This document shows positions 50,901-61,400 of a DNA stretch of 64,000 bases, piece by piece. The translations under genes were made by a program, and so were the position numbers. This DNA comes from Macrostomum hystrix. Lineage: Eukaryota; Animalia; Platyhelminthes. The DNA lies in the NCBI GenBank assembly GCA_950097015.1, contig CATNEN010000002.1, positions 1,178,001 through 1,242,000 of the forward strand. Direction: 5' to 3'. Position 1 is the first letter of the stretch. Each line of letters starts with the position of its first letter. The notes beneath the pieces were generated by a model. The model was not told the DNA's origin. It saw only the letters and a program-made list of their open reading frames with translations, and did no database searches.

Positions 50901-51336
50901 ACACTGTTGGACAGGATCAAAATCAGTTAGACAGAACAGAAACTGTTAGTGCAAGTTGCTCACCAATGCGGCCTCTGTAAGCATCTCTAAGCTGGTTGGT
51001 CTGCTCTCTCCTGTCCATCAAGATGCTCTGGTATCCAGCTGCAGTTGCAGCCCCAAACGCCGGCGAGCCTGACCCGACCTGTTGACCCGCGGGTCCTCGG
51101 TAGGCCATCTCGCTGATGGCCTGTCGGAAATACCTGCTGGTCGGCACCGGAACAGAAACAGCAGCCGTGGCCGCGCCCTGCAGTCGGGTCTCGTGCAGCA
51201 GGCGATTCTGCCGCTCCCAGTTGTTCTTGATCTGCATCAGGGCCAGGTCGCCCTCGTCTGGCACCGCGCCAGCGCCTTCTTCATCATCACCGGTGGCTCG
51301 CCTGACGAACCTGTAGGTGCGTTTGGTGCCAGCCAT
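44951..51336 (-). CDS. Uncharacterised ~1173-aa protein, coiled-coil N-terminal half and WD40/beta-propeller-like C-terminal half
   Basis: Exons 51336-50964, 50482-50296, 49814-49360, 48656-48149, 47352-46542, 46426-46082, 45793-44951 (3522 nt, phases consistent). WD-like segments GSVAVSNDNNAVAVGTMRGDLLVY, VESLALSADAGSVVSVHASGDVRVW and FFTIDSAGYLAVW. Start codon and family are uncertain. Confidence 0.78.
45840..46075. repeat. 27-bp minisatellite (tcatactcaaagtgtcatgattgaccg) filling an intron
   Basis: About 9 units occupy most of intron 46081-45794. Confidence 0.95.
46435..46520. repeat. 20-bp mini-array with CTGTTAGA core in a 115-nt intron
   Basis: (g/a)(c/t)gttagacatggtacaca, about 4 copies. 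Confidence 0.85.
47580..48072. repeat. 15-bp degenerate minisatellite (cccactttctaaatc) with a 57-bp inverted copy
   Basis: Array at 47580-47990. Segment 48015-48071 is the exact reverse complement of 47679-47735. Confidence 0.88.
48805..49325. repeat. 21-bp minisatellite (CCTGTTAGACAAGATCGGTAA)
   Basis: About 24 units in intron 49359-48657. Confidence 0.96.
49865..50232. repeat. ~23-bp minisatellite with the core in reverse orientation (GTCTAACAG)
   Basis: tcaccggtcatgtctaacaggtg units in intron 50295-49815. Confidence 0.92.
50560..50950. repeat. 20-21-bp compound minisatellite with CTGTTAGAC core
   Basis: cctgttagactaaatcagaa, then acctgttagacaagatcagaa, then aactgttagacagaaa units, in intron 50963-50483. 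Confidence 0.9.
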
Positions 51337-51794
51337 TGAGTCAGGTCTCCATAGTGCTCAAAGCTGTTGTTAACGTGCTTTTTTTCTTTAACACTATCAG
51401 TTCTGAGCACACTGGAGTCGGGGGCTGCGCGATTTTGGGCGCACTGGACTCTGCCGCACACTGAACAATGTACTCACAGCATGAGCTGCTGCTATGTACA
51501 CTCATTCCAACTCTCTCACCTGACCAAAAACCTCTGCTCCGCTGCAATCTTCTTCAGCCATATAGAAAATATAATTTCTTTTTTTAAAGACTAGGCACAC
51601 AAGCACACAGCAGCATTACACAATGAGAACTCATTCCGAGAGCAAGCTCTATACTGCTAGTGCGTGCCATTTGCATTTACCCTTTTCAAGTCCCGCTGTG
51701 GTGCGAGCAGTCAATTTACACCGACTTAACACTTCACAGCTTCTCTGACTACGAGCAGTATGTTCAGCTTCTAATGACGAAACAATTCTGGTTG

Positions 51795-51892
51795 ACACTG
51801 AGAACAGCGCCTGTTAGACACTGAGAACAGCGCCTGTTAGACACTGAGAACAGCGCCTGTTAGACACTGAGAACAGTACCTGTTAGACACTG
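51795..51892. repeat. 23-bp mini-array (cctgttagacactgagaacagcg)
   Basis: About 4 copies. Confidence 0.9.
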
Positions 51893-52384
51893 CTCTAGCA
51901 GGATGAGTTGAATAACTTCATACGATCTTTGCAAATTAAAGAGCAACATAAATTAAGCAGTTCCTTTAAATTACTGCTCCTTTTATAAAGCACTACTTGA
52001 AGTAGTATATTATTGGTGAATTAAAATTTAGGCAACATCCCATTGATTCACAAGTAATACTGTATTGTGTACTTTAAATTAAAAGCAGTAGGACAACTGC
52101 TAAGAAAAGTGGCATCTTGAAATGATAATTAACAGCTGCATAAAATTATTGATAATCCGAATGATCCAAAATGTAAAGCAGTATGTAGAGTACATTGAGT
52201 ATTTTTCCGTGCTGTACATAATGTGTTAGTAGACATGCCGAATACAATATTAGATTTGTTAAGAATAACGCTTTCTTACCCGGAAAAGACCACGGTAGCA
52301 TTTCAAATTATCATAGCCTACTTCACTTTCGTGATAAGTTCACAATCGTTGAGATTAACTTACCTAGCACTGCCTAGATATTCA

Positions 52385-52863
52385 ATGATTCTTGTCGAAG
52401 ACCCTGGTGACAAGGGCAACTAGCATTGCTCTGTGTTAAACTCTTTGTAGAATCCATATTGGTTCAATTGGTTCAAGGAAGTTAACAATCAACAACATCA
52501 GCCGACATGGTTACAATATGAAATTTTGAACAAGATGGTGATTTTGGCTACCAGACGCCCTGACGAGAATCGTTGAAATATCTCAAAGATGCCGATGTTT
52601 TGCGATTCTGAAAGTTGTTTCAATGGAAAGAGCGGAAAAGGCCTTGTTTTCATGTCGATTGGTTGAATATTTTGGGATGCAGAAAAATGTGGGTATTTGA
52701 AATACCCTCGAGTCTTTCTACTGTTAAGAATTTGAAATTTGCGAGAAATAAAAAGTCGCAATGAAGGGGGCACTTTTAGCTAGTCTACATAACTAAATCC
52801 AAGAAAATCATTTGGACTAGCAAATTTCATTGATTGCTGTTGCACTCGAGATCCGAAATAATC
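52385..52863. repeat. Dispersed repeat family C copy plus flank duplicated at 54445-54695
   Basis: Similar to 9655-10020. The last ~250 bp are near-identical to 54445-54695. Confidence 0.8.
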
Positions 52864-53354
52864 TTGTCACTAAAGACTGCTTCGCGTTTAAGCTGGGTCT
52901 GCAGCTCATCAGACTGTTGGTGCATCTGCACCACTTCGGTCACCTTGGCACCAGAGACAGCCGCGGCTGCGGCTGCTGCAAGATCAGCGGAGGGCGGCGG
53001 AAATCGTCTGGAATACCTCACCGATGGATTCCGCGACAGGGGCGGCTGGGACAAGCGCTGCTGGTCGATCTGCCTGGCCAGCAGTTCTTCCATTCCGTTA
53101 GCTTCAGAGGCTGGAGATAATTCCAAATTCTGCAGCTCGTCCTGATCCTCAAGATTGGCTGAAGGTCGACGACTCGATGGCGACAGTCGGAAGCTTGCAG
53201 TGGGAGACAGGGCTAGAAGCGTCGGCTTCTCAGGCACTTGAAGAAGCTGCTTCTGCTGCTCCAGCCGCTGTTGCTGCTGCTTCAACAGCTGCAGTCTGCG
53301 CTCATCTTCTTCAGACAAGAAGCTGGCATTGTCATAGTAACAGCCCGCTGTCAT
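52827..53354 (-). CDS. Low-complexity Q/S/A-rich protein, 175 aa (or first coding exon of a longer gene)
   Basis: ATG at 53354 lies 11 nt after acceptor tctgcag (53366), with an upstream GTGAGT donor at 53539. Exon-like GC content and polyQ/polyA style. The stop lies inside a duplicated segment. Confidence 0.55.
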   Translation of the reverse strand: MTAGCYYDNASFLSEEDERRLQLLKQQQQRLEQQKQLLQVPEKPTLLALSPTASFRLSPSSRRPSANLEDQDELQNLELSPASEANGMEELLARQIDQQRLSQPPLSRNPSVRYSRRFPPPSADLAAAAAAAVSGAKVTEVVQMHQQSDELQTQLKREAVFSDKIISDLECNSNQ

Positions 53355-53796
53355 GCTTTTTCCGCCTGCAGACTTTTGCTTTCTGCGAAAGAGACCTTTT
53401 AGGAAAACAAAAAATGTTTCTTGAATCACAGTCTGATCGATTCTTAAACGACTGGGCCCATAAATAACTTTCATATATGCGTGGGCCACGGAAGAATGGG
53501 GGAAACCGCGTTCAGCAGGAAGTCGTTTAGCTGACTCACGTGGAGCAGGGGGTAAGGGAGGGTAGACTTATGGGATTATCGATCTGTTAAAAAACGAACC
53601 ATTTTAGGAAAAGCCTGCAAAAGCCGAAGCCGATACTTGAAGCGGAATGGGGGGCTGCTACTGCGCAACCCTCTACCTAAAAATGTTGTCCCTGCTGGAT
53701 CAGCTCAGTACTGCGTATGCACAGCTGCATGGAAGGCCATAAAAATAGCTTGCGCCTAAACCTGAATCAGAACTCTGCTAGCTCTCGTCTGACCCG

Positions 53797-53810
53797 GTTA
53801 CTATGGCAAC
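53797..53810. promoter_or_regulatory. RFX X-box (GTTACTATGGCAAC)
   Basis: Exact fit to the X-box consensus GTHNYY-AT-RRNAAC, upstream of the 53540 non-coding exon, with an E-box CACGTG about 20 nt away. Confidence 0.6.
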
Positions 53811-54444
53811 AAGAATGATCGCGGAACGAGGCACGTGACTATAAGCATTTTCAAACAGACACAATGATCTGAGATTAGAACCATACTGTATTTAGACAAG
53901 ATTTCTCAAAATGGGATCGGTCCGTTAATCCGACAGTACTATTGCTAATCAAGGAAACCCAGCAATTTATGTCTACTCACGCAATGCAAACGGGGGCTTG
54001 CTAGTTGCCGAGTCCGATCCCCCGGACTTACTAGCTGACCCACTGGCTTGTTCCTTATTCAGACTTTAGCAATGACAATTTTTTCTCAAGTCTATCGCGA
54101 AACCATCTATAAAAACTTTTTCGGTGATTTCCCTGAGCATTTGAGGCACAATTACAGGTTTATAAGGGCCAGCTGCTATGAAGAGCCTTATCTTGGAGTG
54201 TAGTCATGACCTACAGTCAAAATGAGACTGTACATTAACTCTTACCTGTGTGTACAATACTTTACTGTCTATTACTTTGTGTCACGAGTTTTTCAACGCA
54301 ATGAAGTTTGAGCATAGCTCAAGCAGTCAGTGCGTTCTCTCAATGAAGACTAAATATGAGATATACGTGTTTTAGGTTTTTCAAACAATCAATAAAACAG
54401 TGCGAGTAGAAACTGCCATTTTAACGAATATACTAATCCAAGGA

Positions 54445-54695
54445 GATAATTCAACGGAAAGAGCGGAAATTTCAGGCCTTGTTTTTCATGTCGAATGGTT
54501 GAATATTTTGGGATGCAGAAAAATGTGGGTATTTGAAATACCCTCGAGTCTTTCTACTTTTAAGAATGTGAAATTTGCGAGAAAAAAGTCGTAATGAAGG
54601 GGGCACTTTTAGCTAGTCTACATAACTAAATCTAAGAAAATCATTTGGACTAGCAAATTCCATTGCTTGCTGTTGCACTCGAGACACAAAATAAC
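54445..54695. repeat. Direct copy of 52620-52863
   Basis: Near-identical ...gggtatttgaaataccctcgagtctttctac...gctgttgcactcgaga. Confidence 0.85.
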
Positions 54696-55535
54696 CTCGG
54701 AAGGATTTAGGATGAATAAAAGTACGTACGATGCACTTTTTTAATCTGCGATAAATTCGATGATCGACGAGCACGAGTAGAAAGTACGAGTACTCAAGGA
54801 TCTGAGAAGATATCTGGGACAAATTTGAGGACCTGAGCTGGATTTGAGTCTATAAAGTTAATTCAAGGATGTGGGATTCAAAAAGTTTCAAATAAGGACA
54901 AACACACTTTTCAGTCGAGATCGATATTGAAAGTACGAGATAGATAGGTAAAATACAAAATAGTCTACAATCACGATATTGTCTTCAGGATCAAAAAATA
55001 GATCGTTAAAGACTCTGTGTCGACTTTGCAACTAACTAGCGTATATTTTGTTAAAATTATGGCGCTAAAATCACAATTTATCGCAGAAAAGAAACAATAC
55101 ATACTACTTGATGCAAGTAGAGTAGTAGAAACAGAACTAAAATTTGGTCATTTTAGTTTAGAAAATTTGGGAAAGATTTTCGAAAAGCGAAAAAAACCGA
55201 AACGAAAATAACGAAACTCTAGATATTTTACGGTTATATAAAAGGAGGCACTCAATTAGCAAAGCAGGAATAAACTGGAGTTGTTAAAGCAAGTTTCATA
55301 CATAAAAATAATTGATAATCATAATTCACAAAGAAAACTCTATTTACAAAAGGTTTGGTAGATTTTCTAAATTGTGTTATGAAAAGTTTGACACACGAGA
55401 ATCAGTGTTCAGATTTTTATGTTGATTTTATTACTAAATTGTACAAAAGAGGAGAATTCTGTAAGTAGTTTGTAAATATGAGAGAATACATGGACGCAAT
55501 TGTAAAACTGTTCACAATGGTTAGATTAGACTTGT

Positions 55536-55832
55536 CTAATCATCGTCATCCTCCGGCACAAAGATGTCATTCTCCTCCAGAAAGGCGGCACTCTCGCGGC
55601 TGATTCCGGCGCCAATCAGCAGCGAAGGCACAAGCAGCAGCACAGCACGGGCCATGCCGAATCTGGTGCGGAGCGGCTTATCGTGCAGCGCACCGGTGTC
55701 CCTGTAGGCGCCAGCCGAGCCGTCGTAGCACCTGACTGGCGGCGGCGGCGGCGGGTCGGCAGCCGAGAAGCGAGCTCTCAACGGTGACGAAGAGTTGAGC
55801 ACGGTTGAGAAGCCGCGCCTGGCTACTGACAT
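55536..55832 (-). CDS. SMDT1: Essential MCU regulator EMRE (mitochondrial calcium uniporter subunit), 98 aa, single exon
   Basis: Arg/Ser-rich presequence, TGALHDKP..RFG, TM AVLLLVPSLLIGAGIS and the diagnostic C-terminus AAFLEENDIFVPEDDDD*. An alternative in-frame start is at 55850. Confidence 0.92.
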   Translation of the reverse strand: MSVARRGFSTVLNSSSPLRARFSAADPPPPPPVRCYDGSAGAYRDTGALHDKPLRTRFGMARAVLLLVPSLLIGAGISRESAAFLEENDIFVPEDDDD

Positions 55833-56019
55833 CAGTAGGATTGGACGCATGCTCTAGAGGAAATAATAAACCGATTGGAGTAGCAGGGATGACGCTGAAA
55901 GTGTGGGATTTTATAAACAAAATATTGATGACTTTTCCAGTAGACTTAATAAATGACGTCACATCAGTTTTTTCAAAACATGCACGTCCTTAGATCGGGG
56001 AGGGGGCTATATTCGCAGG

Positions 56020-56430
56020 AGGACTGCGGGCACATCATTTGGTGACACGCTATCAGCAAGGATACAATTCTGCCCGTTTCGCTGACTCCTGAGCACACAC
56101 GCACACAGATACCGTACGCAGGCACCACTTACATACTACCCTTTCACTGTGCCTTAGAAGTTGGCCCTCGACGGCGTAAATTGCATGACAAACCTCCAAG
56201 ACTTCTCTCCGCGGTTGCGCACCAAATGAATGTGGCCTCGCCGCGGATTCGAGCTAAGGGACCTTGGTGCGAGAGGCAAACGCGTCAACCGCTCTGCCAC
56301 TCACCTCCAAGGCACAGTAAGAGTATATACTGTCTGACGATGAGAAAGTTAGGGCAGATGAACATACCTGTGTACATGTGCACGGTATTTGAGAGTGTGT
56401 TAAGGGGTCAGCGGAAAGAGCAGAATAGCC
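56020..56430. mobile_element. SINE family B: minus copy (56020-56305) abutting a plus-strand body fragment (56303-56430)
   Basis: Head gagtggcagagcggttgacgcg...gctcgaatccgcggcgaggccacatt on the minus strand, and ctccaaggcacagt...gatgagaaagttagggcagatg on the plus strand. Confidence 0.7.
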
Positions 56431-57104
56431 TCCTCGATGGCTGCGGGTCGACTGTCGCAATTGATGGGTCATTGTATGTTAAATCCCGTAGCAATTGGGA
56501 TCATTAAACTAGGAAAAGTGCTAACAATCAATCAGTCATAGAAACAGTTTCTCAGTCGGGTGCCAACTCATAGAGGACCTCTTTGCGTGGATAAAACAAA
56601 CACGCAAAGCACGCGCACCCGGAGACAGCAGCATCCTTAAAGTCCCTCGTTGGGCGCCGAAAAGTCGCGCCTCTGATCGGGGAAAAATCAACGAAGAGCG
56701 AAATAAAAAAGAATGAAAAAGTCTAGTGGATTTAGGGTCAGAGAATTAAAGGCACGGTACCCAGTCCGGAGGTAAAATGCAAATTAATGGCCGCGATGAA
56801 AATGCTGCTGCTGCTGCTTAAACCTGTACAGCCTCCTGGCCATTGTGCCGTTCGCTTTAATTCCCCTCTATTCAAGCTGAGCTTTTGTACCACATAAAGC
56901 AAAAAATATTTGTGGGCGGAGTTGGTTGTAATCCATGCTGCACTTGAGATAAACAGCCGCGTGTTAATAATTAATTTCTTAAATGACTATTTTACTTATC
57001 CATCTTCCAGTGCACAATTATTTGAGTATTATGTTTACTTACTTTCGTAAGTTAAATCTAAAACTAAATTCACAAGTCACCCCACATGCCTTCAGTCTAT
57101 CTTC

Positions 57105-57510
57105 TATCCTTCAGTCCATCCGCTGTCTTTTCATGATCCTTCAGTCCATCCGCCGTAATTTCGTGATCTTTCTGTCTATCCACTGTCTTTTCGTGATCTC
57201 TGAGTCTATCCGCTGTGATTTCGTGATCTTTGAGTTCATCTGCTGTCTTTTCGTGATCTTTTTGTCCATCCGCTGTGATTTCGTGATCTTTGAGTCCATC
57301 CGCTGTCTTTTCGTGATCTTTGAGTCCATCCGCTGTCTTTTCGTGATCTTTGAGTCCATCCGCTGTCTTTTCGTGATCTTTCAGTCCATCCGCTGTGATT
57401 TCGTGATCTTTGAGTCTATCCACTGTCTTTTCGTGATCTCTGAGTCCATCCGCTGTGATTTCGTGATCTTTGAGTCCATCCGCTGTCTTTTCGTGATCCT
57501 TCAGTCCATA
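57105..57510. repeat. 30-bp minisatellite (gtccatccgctgtcttttcgtgatctttga)
   Basis: About 13 units. Source of the spurious ESIRCLFVIF ORF. Confidence 0.95.
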
Positions 57511-58409
57511 TCCACTAACATATTCACTAATATGTTCCCATGATCTTTCAGTATATCAGCTAATGTTCATTCGAGAGCTTCGAGTCTATTTACAGGAACT
57601 TATAAAGTATTTTCCCACACGTTTGTCAAAATAGGCAGACCTTAAAAAATTAAAATTTAACTTTTCTACACAATGCCATAGCCCTATTCAAGTCACTACC
57701 ATAGTATAGTGACCAGTTTAGACCAGTTTTAGCTTAATGATAACTGTAACTGTTAGAGAATGAGAGCCTGCCTAAAATTTAAAGCATATCATCACGATCA
57801 AGGCCTTAAATATGTGAAGAATAAGCTAGCCAATCATAATGGTCAAAGAGAATGCAGCAATACGGTACTTATACCAACAGTAATATTTGAAAAACTATAA
57901 TTATATGGGCTGGAAGGCTAGAGTAGGAAGCACCTGTCATTCAGCTAGTCAGTCAGTCAATAGGCCATGCATCTGCCTAGGTCTCCAATATAATCTAATA
58001 TAGCTAAGAGTCGGCATGCGATTTCTATTCAAGTGACTTTTAGAAAAATCGATTACGAGGGTAGAATAAACATCTGATTTGCCGCTATTTGGGGAATAGC
58101 AAGTAGAGGATTGCTATGAAAACTACCGAATATTGCGAATTCAGGAACGGATACACACTAGAGGACTACTTTTTCCGATCTTAAATCTTTCGTTAAAATT
58201 ATAAAAATAATAGAATAAGACTCGAAAAACAAACCAGAGTGATCAACAATATCTTTGAGAAATGTTTTTTTAATTCCATTAAGAAGCGCACAAAGAATCG
58301 GAGAGCATATCAGAGCTGAAGTACTTTTCCTCAACAATCAGGGTGAATAAACGCAACCAACAGTGTCAGTCGTCCTGTGTACTAGATGAAGAGTTTCTAG
58401 CACAATTCT

Positions 58410-58487
58410 TCACTTGCTCCTTTCCCTCATCTTCCTGCGTTTGCGCTTAAGCCTGCGCATTCGCTTCTTCCTCCACTTGGCGCGCAT
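58410..58487 (-). CDS. RPL41: Ribosomal protein L41 (eL41/eS32), 25 aa
   Basis: Translates MRAKWRKKRMRRLKRKRRKMRERSK*, one residue different from the canonical ...MRQRSK. Strong acceptor ttttttatttcag at 58559 upstream and ATTAAA at ~58268-58273 downstream. Confidence 0.95.
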   Translation of the reverse strand: MRAKWRKKRMRRLKRKRRKMRERSK

Positions 58488-61400
58488 CTCCTAGGGGATT
58501 ATGGCACCTGTCGTTTGTGTTTTCAAGTCTTTGTCTTCTTCGGTGAGTCCAAGTTATTCTGAAATAAAAAACGGGAAAAGGGAGTTGAAATTATATCTGC
58601 TTAAGATCAAAGCGGAAGGTTTTAAAAAGACAAAAAGCAGATTTTCTTCTGCCAAAATCGAGAGATAACGAAGCTAAGTGGAGTCTCGAATTATTTCTCA
58701 AAGGAATCTTGCTAGTTCTGTTTTTAATGAGCGAACTTTTTACTCACGGCTGTAGTGTCAGCGACTAATTAATACAATACAGCTATGTCACTAAAGTAAA
58801 AAAGTGAATTTGCTTCCTAATTGCAACAGTGAAATTTCATAACTGCCCCATCACAGGCTACGCCGCAAGTAAACTTACTTTTTACAGATGGTACAGTCCG
58901 AATACTGTTATATCAAAATAATCTGATATCGTGTGTATTATGATGCTTAAATCCGGGCATATTGATAGAAATGTGGATCCTGATCGAAGAGACAAATCAG
59001 CGACTTATTTATCAGAATACCAACCCTTTATCATAACTGCAAACACAGGGGGCGATTAATTTGTAGTTAATACAAAGCTGCTAATATCCTAGTGGGATGC
59101 ATAAATGTCATGACATTTTCGGAGAGTACAAGGTCATATATAGACTAGGACCTGAGACACGGGGAATATATGAGAAGACAAAAAACAAGAATAATGTTAC
59201 TTGATTAACGATATCAACCAGGCGAAAGCCGAAAATATTAGGCATGATACTAATAAATTTATGAATTTAATGACATAAAGTACTTTTTAAACAACTAACA
59301 CGAACACGCCCAAACAGAGATATTAAGACTGGAACCCAGTCTTCAAGAATGGATATCATATTAAGACTGGAACTTCTCGCAAGTTTTTTAGCACTTCAAC
59401 ACTCAATACTCGGCAACTCTGACTAACATGGCCTGGCTACGACTCCGCAGTTCGTTTCAATTCCTGTTTGGATCCCATGGGGCAATGAACAAACTTAACA
59501 GTAGGAAGGGAAATATATAAATAAGCAAGATTATTATCGCACATGGAAAGCAGCATAGACCTAAATTTCCCTTCTAGCATACATAGCCGGGTGCGTATTG
59601 CAAGGAGGCACAGTTGAGCAACTGCAAAAGTAGGCAACTCTCATTGCAAGCTGATTTGATGGAAGTTTGAGCAGCAGCGGGAGTAGTTTTAACTTGAATT
59701 TCTGCTGCATTAGCCAGAGCCCTTGAGCGAGACCCTTACTTTCTCTATTGTGTTTTTAGCTAACGTTAAATTGTCTTTCCAATCGACTTCATCTTGTATC
59801 TGGAGAGCAACTCGGTCCTTTCCTATAATGCTTCGCTTCCCTTGAGCACAACTTCCGGCTTTTTGTGTCGAAATAGAAGAAAAAATACTACATATTGAGG
59901 AATTACACACGTGTCGAATAGAATCATAACCCATAACTCATAACCACTTGAACGTTGAGTGCGTTTAAAAGAGGCTAGATCTACGTGCTTAATTGAGCAG
60001 GTGGGACATGCAAGCAGTGTTTTTTAATGTTAATTTTAAGCCGACAACAAAAGCGGAATCTATAGCATTATCATCTAGTAGCGGAGGTTTTCGCTAAAGG
60101 CAATGTCGACGAGCCACTTAACTGCCTCCCATCGCTAAAAGCAAAATATTCATTGCCCACACAACACATCCGGGCTGGCTTAATGTAGCATTAACTTCAG
60201 CTCATTCACTTTTAAATCATTTTCTAGGAAGTTTGCTTCAAATAAATCAAGAATTTTGTGTTTGCTTGGAGACCAACAAAATGTTACAATGCTATGTTAG
60301 AGGTTAGTTATTTAGTTAGATGATAAAAGGAATTTTATTGGGGTCATAGTTTCTTATTCTGATTATGTTTTAAGGAATTAGTTCAACGGATTTTTTTTAA
60401 TAAGACTGCGATAAATGTGTGAATAATCGATTTGAATATCCTCAATTATTCGCAGCTTATACCAACAATAAAAGACTAACTCCTGTCTCCTTGTTGGTCC
60501 AAGTGAACAAACGAAGGCATTTGCTAAAAAACCAAAAGAACCAAAGCTTTTCGGTGAACAGAAAACTAGCGACTAAAATAAACGCAGAGCAAACTAACAG
60601 AACACCAGAACAGCTCAGAGGGCGGAAATTAAAAAATGAGAAACCTAACAACCCGCAGATCAGAAAGTTTTGCTATAGACTTCAAATAGGAATCGCGAAT
60701 TGAAGTAGGCTACTAACAATCAGTTAATAATAATAGTAAGATAAATACAGTTAGAGCATGATCACAAGTCCAACATGACAATGTCGAATCGCGTCAATAT
60801 TGTATCAAGAGATATAGAGCAACAGCGATAAATCATGTTGATAGCCTCTCAGCCGATTTCCCGATAAACAGAAATTTTTAACAAATAATCAATCTTGCAG
60901 TTGAAAATCGATGTCAAAAAACACCGGAAGATCTCCAGTGGCACTGTAAGCATGAATTCAGAAATTGATCAAATGTGGAATGAAAAGTAGCTACGTTTCT
61001 AAGCTGTACATCGTACGCATATTACTGCCTCTTTTCAACTAGACATAGAAGCAGCAGTGAATTAGAGTGAAAATCCTAGATAAAGAGAGAAAACAAAAGA
61101 ATCTAAATGGATGGGCAAGCTCCATCGTTCCCATTTAATTCTGATTCCAATGAAGTCCATCCAATGAGAAAGCGGCAACGATTAATTTTCCTACTCATAT
61201 AGTGTTTACTTAGCCAGTAGAAAGAAGCGTCAAAAACTGTGAGCTGTTCAGCTTCATGTGCCCCTGTCGCCCTTTACCACCATTGAGGTAGGTAAAAAAC
61301 TTTTTCTGGATGGGCACCCGAGACGAGAGGAGTGTGATAGGAGAAGATGAAAGTTTAAGAGCGTACTTTAGAACTAGCGACTGAAAAAAAATTGTCTCTA

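Noticed and set aside
58755-58856. C/D box snoRNA in the putative RPL41 intron (GTGATG...CTGA)
   Set aside because: Box C is imperfect, there is no convincing terminal stem, and I could not recognise an rRNA-complementary guide.
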